The notes under the pieces were generated by a model. That model saw only the letters and a list, made by a program, of their open reading frames with translations. It was not told the origin of the DNA and made no database searches. A DNA stretch of 64,000 nucleotides from Alphaproteobacteria bacterium (lineage in GTDB: Bacteria; Pseudomonadota; Alphaproteobacteria; MPNO01), in assembly GCA_965248835.1 (NCBI GenBank), contig CBDFLJ010000001.1:64001-128000 (forward strand), given 5' to 3'. Position 1 is the stretch's first letter. Each line of letters begins with the position of its first letter. The translations under genes were made by a program, and so were the position numbers. Shown here one piece after another: positions 60,398 through 64,000 of the stretch.

Positions 60398-61543
60398 ATG
60401 GGCACGGGCAAACGCCACGCCGAGATCGCCGGAGCGGGCTTCGCGGGCTTGGTCGCCGGGATCGCGCTGTCCCGGCGCGGCTGGTCGGTGCGCATCCATG
60501 AACGCGCCCCGATGCTGCGGGCCTTCGGCGCCGGGATCTTCATCTGGGAGAACGGGCTCCGGGTGCTCAAGGCGATCGGCGCCTACGAGGATGTCATCGC
60601 CGGCGCGCACGAGAGCGTGGTCTACGAGGTCCGCGAGCGCTGGAAGGTGGTCGCGCGGACTTCGTTCTCGGCCGGCACGAACGACCGCATGCTGACCATG
60701 ACGCGCCAGTCGCTCTATTCAGCGATCCTGGCCGCGGCCGACCGTGAAGGGATCGAGGTGCGGACCGGTTCCGAAGTGGTCGGCGCCGAGCAGGCGGGCG
60801 TTCTGCTGACCGCCGATGGCGGGCGGTTCCAGGCCGACTTGGTGGTCGGGGCCGACGGCATCCGTTCCCGCGTGCGCGACTCGCTGGGCCTGCGGAAGGA
60901 GCATCACAAGGCCCCGCTCGGCCTGCTGCGGGTCCTGGCGCCGCGCTGTCTGGACGCGCTGGGCGAGGGGCCATGGAACTGGGTGATCGACATCTTCAAC
61001 CTGCCCAACCGCTCGTTGCGGATCCTGTACGTGCCGTGCAACGCCGAGGAGCTGTACCTGGCGATGATGGCGCGGGCCGATGATCCGGAGGCCACCGCCG
61101 TCCCGGTGCGGGCCGACATCTGGGTTCCCGCCTTCCCCGAGCTCGAACCGGCGATCCGCCGGGCCGCCGCCGACGGCCGCTACGATGCCTATGAGACCTG
61201 CAAGCTGACGCGCTGGGCGGCGGGCCGGGTCGCCGTGGTCGGCGATGCGGCGCACGCCATGGTGCCCTCGCTCGGCCAGGGCGCCGGGCTTGCGATGGCC
61301 AACGCGCTGGCGCTCGCCGTGGCGCTGGACGAGACCCCGGAGATCGGCGCTGCGCTCGCCCGCTGGGAATCCCGCGAGCGTCCGATGACCGAATACACCC
61401 AGGACTGGTCCGCCAAGGTCGCCCGCGACCGGATGCGGAACGGCGGCCGGATCTGGTCCGAAGACTCGATCGCGCCCGCACGGTCCATCCCCACCGGGAC
61501 CGAACACCTGCCCCGCATCCTCGATGAGAGGCCGCACGGGTAG
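60398..61543 (+). CDS. FAD-dependent monooxygenase, MHPCO-like (3-hydroxypyridine carboxylate ring-cleaving oxygenase family)
   Basis: AEIAGAGFAGL, LRAFGAGIFIWENGLRVL, GADG, RILYVPCNAEELYL, RYDAYET, GDAAHAM.PSLGQGAG. Confidence 0.85.
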   Translation: MGTGKRHAEIAGAGFAGLVAGIALSRRGWSVRIHERAPMLRAFGAGIFIWENGLRVLKAIGAYEDVIAGAHESVVYEVRERWKVVARTSFSAGTNDRMLTMTRQSLYSAILAAADREGIEVRTGSEVVGAEQAGVLLTADGGRFQADLVVGADGIRSRVRDSLGLRKEHHKAPLGLLRVLAPRCLDALGEGPWNWVIDIFNLPNRSLRILYVPCNAEELYLAMMARADDPEATAVPVRADIWVPAFPELEPAIRRAAADGRYDAYETCKLTRWAAGRVAVVGDAAHAMVPSLGQGAGLAMANALALAVALDETPEIGAALARWESRERPMTEYTQDWSAKVARDRMRNGGRIWSEDSIAPARSIPTGTEHLPRILDERPHG

Positions 61544-61610
61544 GCGGGCGTCTGAAGGGGGTGCGGGTATGCCGGCCGGCCGGCCATAAAGGACTGTAGC
61601 CGCCAATCTA

Positions 61611-62793
61611 GTCACCCGAATCTAAAGTTGGTGGCATAAGTTTTGATCGACGCGGAGGCAGAAGCGTTTGACGGCGGCGAGGATGTCGTCGGCTGATTTG
61701 GTCCATTTGAAGGGCTTGGGGTCTTCGTTGTGTTTTTCGATGAAGGCGCGGATGTCGGCTTCGAGCTGCTTCGTCGAGGTATGAACGCCGCGTCGCAGTT
61801 GCTTGCGCGTCAATTCGGCGAACCAGCGCTCGACCTGGTTGATCCAGGAGGCCGAGGTCGGCGTGAAGTGGACATGATAGTGCGGCCGCCGCGCCAGCCA
61901 GGCTCTGATCGCGGCGGTCTTGTGGGTGGCGTAGTTGTCCATGACGATGTGGATGTCGAGATCCTCGGGGACGCGGGCGTCGATCTGCTTCAGAAAGTCG
62001 AGGAACTCCCTGGCCCGGTGGCGCCTGTAGCACTTGCCGATGACGAAGCCCGTGGCGACATCGAGGGCGGCGAACAGCGAGGTCGTCCCGTGCCGGACGT
62101 AATTGTACGTCCGCCGCTCGGCCATGCCCGGCATCATCGGCAACACCGGCTGTTCGCGGTCGAGGGCCTGGATCTGGCTCTTTTCATCGACACAGAGCAC
62201 CAGCGCGCGGTCCGGCGGCGACAGATAGAGCCCGACGATGTCGCGGACCTTGTCGACGAACAGCGGATCGCTCGACAGTTTGAAGGTCTGCGAGCGGTGC
62301 GGCTGCAACCCGAAGGCCGTCCAGATGCGCCGGATCGTCGTGTGCGACAGCCCGGTCTCCCGGGCCATCGAGCGGAGCGACCAATGGGTCGCATCCGCCG
62401 GCGTCGCGTTGAGCGTCCGTTCAATGACCTGTGCCACTTGATCATCCTCGATGGTCCGCGGCCGCCCCGGCCGAGGCTCATCCGACAGTCCGTCGATGCG
62501 GTCCTTCAGGAAGCGGCGGCGCCACTTGCCGACCGTGTGCTCGTGCACGCCGAGCTCGGCAGCGACCGCCTTGTTGGTCAGACCAGCCGCGCAACGCAGG
62601 ATCATGCGGCAGCGGTCCGACACCGCGCGCGCGATCTGGCGACGGCGGAGCTGACGCTCGAGATACGACCGTTCTGCATCGCTCAGAACCAAAGCCGCAA
62701 CCGGCCGGCCAACGCCACGCACCATCGCAAACACCTCCAAAGCCCAACGACGATGGCCATCATATAGTGCAATTTACTTCAGTTCCAGGTGAC
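61611..62793 (-). mobile_element. IS630 family element
   Basis: TA at 61609-10 and 62794-95; ends GTCACCCGAATCTAAAGT / GTCACCTGGAACTGAAGT. Confidence 0.93.
61622..62725 (-). CDS. IS630 transposase (apparently intact)
   Basis: HTH, RPGRPR, CVDEKSQIQAL, MDNYATHK, FTPTSASWINQVERWF. Confidence 0.95.
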   Translation of the reverse strand: MVRGVGRPVAALVLSDAERSYLERQLRRRQIARAVSDRCRMILRCAAGLTNKAVAAELGVHEHTVGKWRRRFLKDRIDGLSDEPRPGRPRTIEDDQVAQVIERTLNATPADATHWSLRSMARETGLSHTTIRRIWTAFGLQPHRSQTFKLSSDPLFVDKVRDIVGLYLSPPDRALVLCVDEKSQIQALDREQPVLPMMPGMAERRTYNYVRHGTTSLFAALDVATGFVIGKCYRRHRAREFLDFLKQIDARVPEDLDIHIVMDNYATHKTAAIRAWLARRPHYHVHFTPTSASWINQVERWFAELTRKQLRRGVHTSTKQLEADIRAFIEKHNEDPKPFKWTKSADDILAAVKRFCLRVDQNLCHQL

Positions 62794-62795
62794 TA

Positions 62796-63969
62796 GTGCA
62801 CTGATGCATTGAAGGGATTCACAGGAGGTGTGGGCTGTGCGAATCTCGTTGGATGGCTCAAGATGTTTGCGTTCTGGTGAATGCCGAGGACCGCGTGCGG
62901 CTTGCCGCGATCTCCGGCGATCGAAGCCGCCCGCACAAGCACGTTCTGCGGGCCCGGATCATCCTTCATTCCGCCGATCGGCTGCCGGTTCAGGAGGTGG
63001 CGCGGCGGGCTGGCGTCAGCCGCCCGTCGGTGTGGCGCTGGCAACGCCGTTTCGCGGCGTTGGGCGTCGACGGGCTGTTGCGCGAGAAGTCGCGCGTTCC
63101 AGGCAAGGCGCCCGTGCCTGGCGAGACGGTGGAGCGGGTGGTGGCGCTGACCTGCTCGGAGCCGCCGGGCGAAGCTACGCACTGGACCGGCCGGGCAATG
63201 GCCGCGGCCGTGGGCATCGGGCTCAGCTCGGTCCAACGCATCTGGCGGGCGCACGGCTTGCAGCCCCATCGGGTGCGCACCTTCAAGCGCTCGAAGGACC
63301 CGGAGTTCGCCGCCAAGCTGCGCGACATCGTCGGGCTCTACATGGAGCCGCCGGCCCACGCGATCGTGCTGTCGATCGACGAAAGTGAGCATGCGAACGC
63401 CATTGGTCCGAGAGAGCATGCGAACCAGATCCAGGCGCTCGACCGCAGCCAGCCGGGGCTGCCGCTGAAGCCCGGCAAGTGCGGCACCATAACCCACGAT
63501 TACAAACGCCACGGCACCACAACCCTGTTCGCCGCGCTCAACGTGCTCGACGGCACGGTGTTCGGCCGCTGCATGCAGCGCCACCGGCACCAAGAGTTCC
63601 TCCGCTTCCTGGGCGCCATCGAGCGCGAGGTTCCGGCCGGCAAGCTCATCCACGTCGTGCTCGACAACGTCGCAACGCACAAGAAGCCCGAGGTCATGCG
63701 CTGGCTCACCCGGCGTCCCCGCTGGGTGTTCCACTTCACGCCGACCTCCGGCTCCTGGCTCAACGCCGTGGAGACCTTCTTCTCGGCGCTGACACGCCGC
63801 CGCCTGCGGCGCGGCGTGTTCCGCTCCGTCGCCGACCTGCAGGCCGCCATAAACCGCTACCTCAAGGAGCACAACAATGACCCCAACCCCTTCGTCTGGA
63901 CCAAATCCGCCGACAACATCCTCGCAAAAACCTGTCGCCTCCCTGAACCTTCTCAATGAATCGGTGCAC
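62796..63969 (+). mobile_element. IS630 family element
   Basis: TA at 62794-95 and 63970-71; ends GTGCACTGATGCATTGA / GTGCACCGATTCATTGA. Confidence 0.93.
62853..63959 (+). CDS. IS630 transposase with a 12-aa in-frame insertion after the first catalytic Asp
   Basis: SIDE[SEHANAIGPREHAN]QIQALDR, LDNVATHK, FTPTSGSWLNAVE. Confidence 0.9.
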   Translation: MAQDVCVLVNAEDRVRLAAISGDRSRPHKHVLRARIILHSADRLPVQEVARRAGVSRPSVWRWQRRFAALGVDGLLREKSRVPGKAPVPGETVERVVALTCSEPPGEATHWTGRAMAAAVGIGLSSVQRIWRAHGLQPHRVRTFKRSKDPEFAAKLRDIVGLYMEPPAHAIVLSIDESEHANAIGPREHANQIQALDRSQPGLPLKPGKCGTITHDYKRHGTTTLFAALNVLDGTVFGRCMQRHRHQEFLRFLGAIEREVPAGKLIHVVLDNVATHKKPEVMRWLTRRPRWVFHFTPTSGSWLNAVETFFSALTRRRLRRGVFRSVADLQAAINRYLKEHNNDPNPFVWTKSADNILAKTCRLPEPSQ

Positions 63970-64000
63970 TAGGGTAAATTCCTTTGGCTCAAACGTGTAC

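Noticed and set aside
61590-64000. Flanks of the IS630 pair (GGACTGTAGCCGCCAAT...GGTAAATTCC) as the end of a further IS
   Set aside because: No partner repeat or transposase is visible before the window ends.

Overview
A very GC-rich bacterial chromosome segment whose gene order (accA-xerD-hypothetical / aroK-aroB-hlyC/corC, glcDEF, type-B rpmJ) fits an Alphaproteobacterium, probably Rhodospirillales-like (inference). About 55 CDS: a housekeeping core at 20.7-37.4 kb flanked by catabolic accessory genes (two xanthine-dehydrogenase-family Mo enzymes, amidohydrolase, three VOC proteins, LLM monooxygenase, Rieske oxygenase, atypical UbiD, TRAP/TAXI transport, TPP enzyme plus NadX, MHPCO-like flavoenzyme). 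Mobile DNA: one IS5 interrupting a DMT gene (4-bp target duplication), an IS5/IS1031-type remnant and three IS630 elements at C-TA-G sites, two of them head-to-head. No rRNA, tRNA or CRISPR array was seen. Most unusual: a 28-nt insertion in one IS630 that exactly copies part of a different IS630 12 kb away (a second 28+8-nt insertion sits in the third IS630), a UbiD homolog lacking the Arg/Glu/Glu triad next to an ABM gene, a GlcF paralog with a Cys-to-Tyr change in an Fe-S motif, and a UPF0149-like extension on aminopeptidase P. Four single-base frameshifts in otherwise intact genes suggest long-read consensus errors, so small indels need read-level confirmation. All family calls are by motif recognition by eye; no database search was run.
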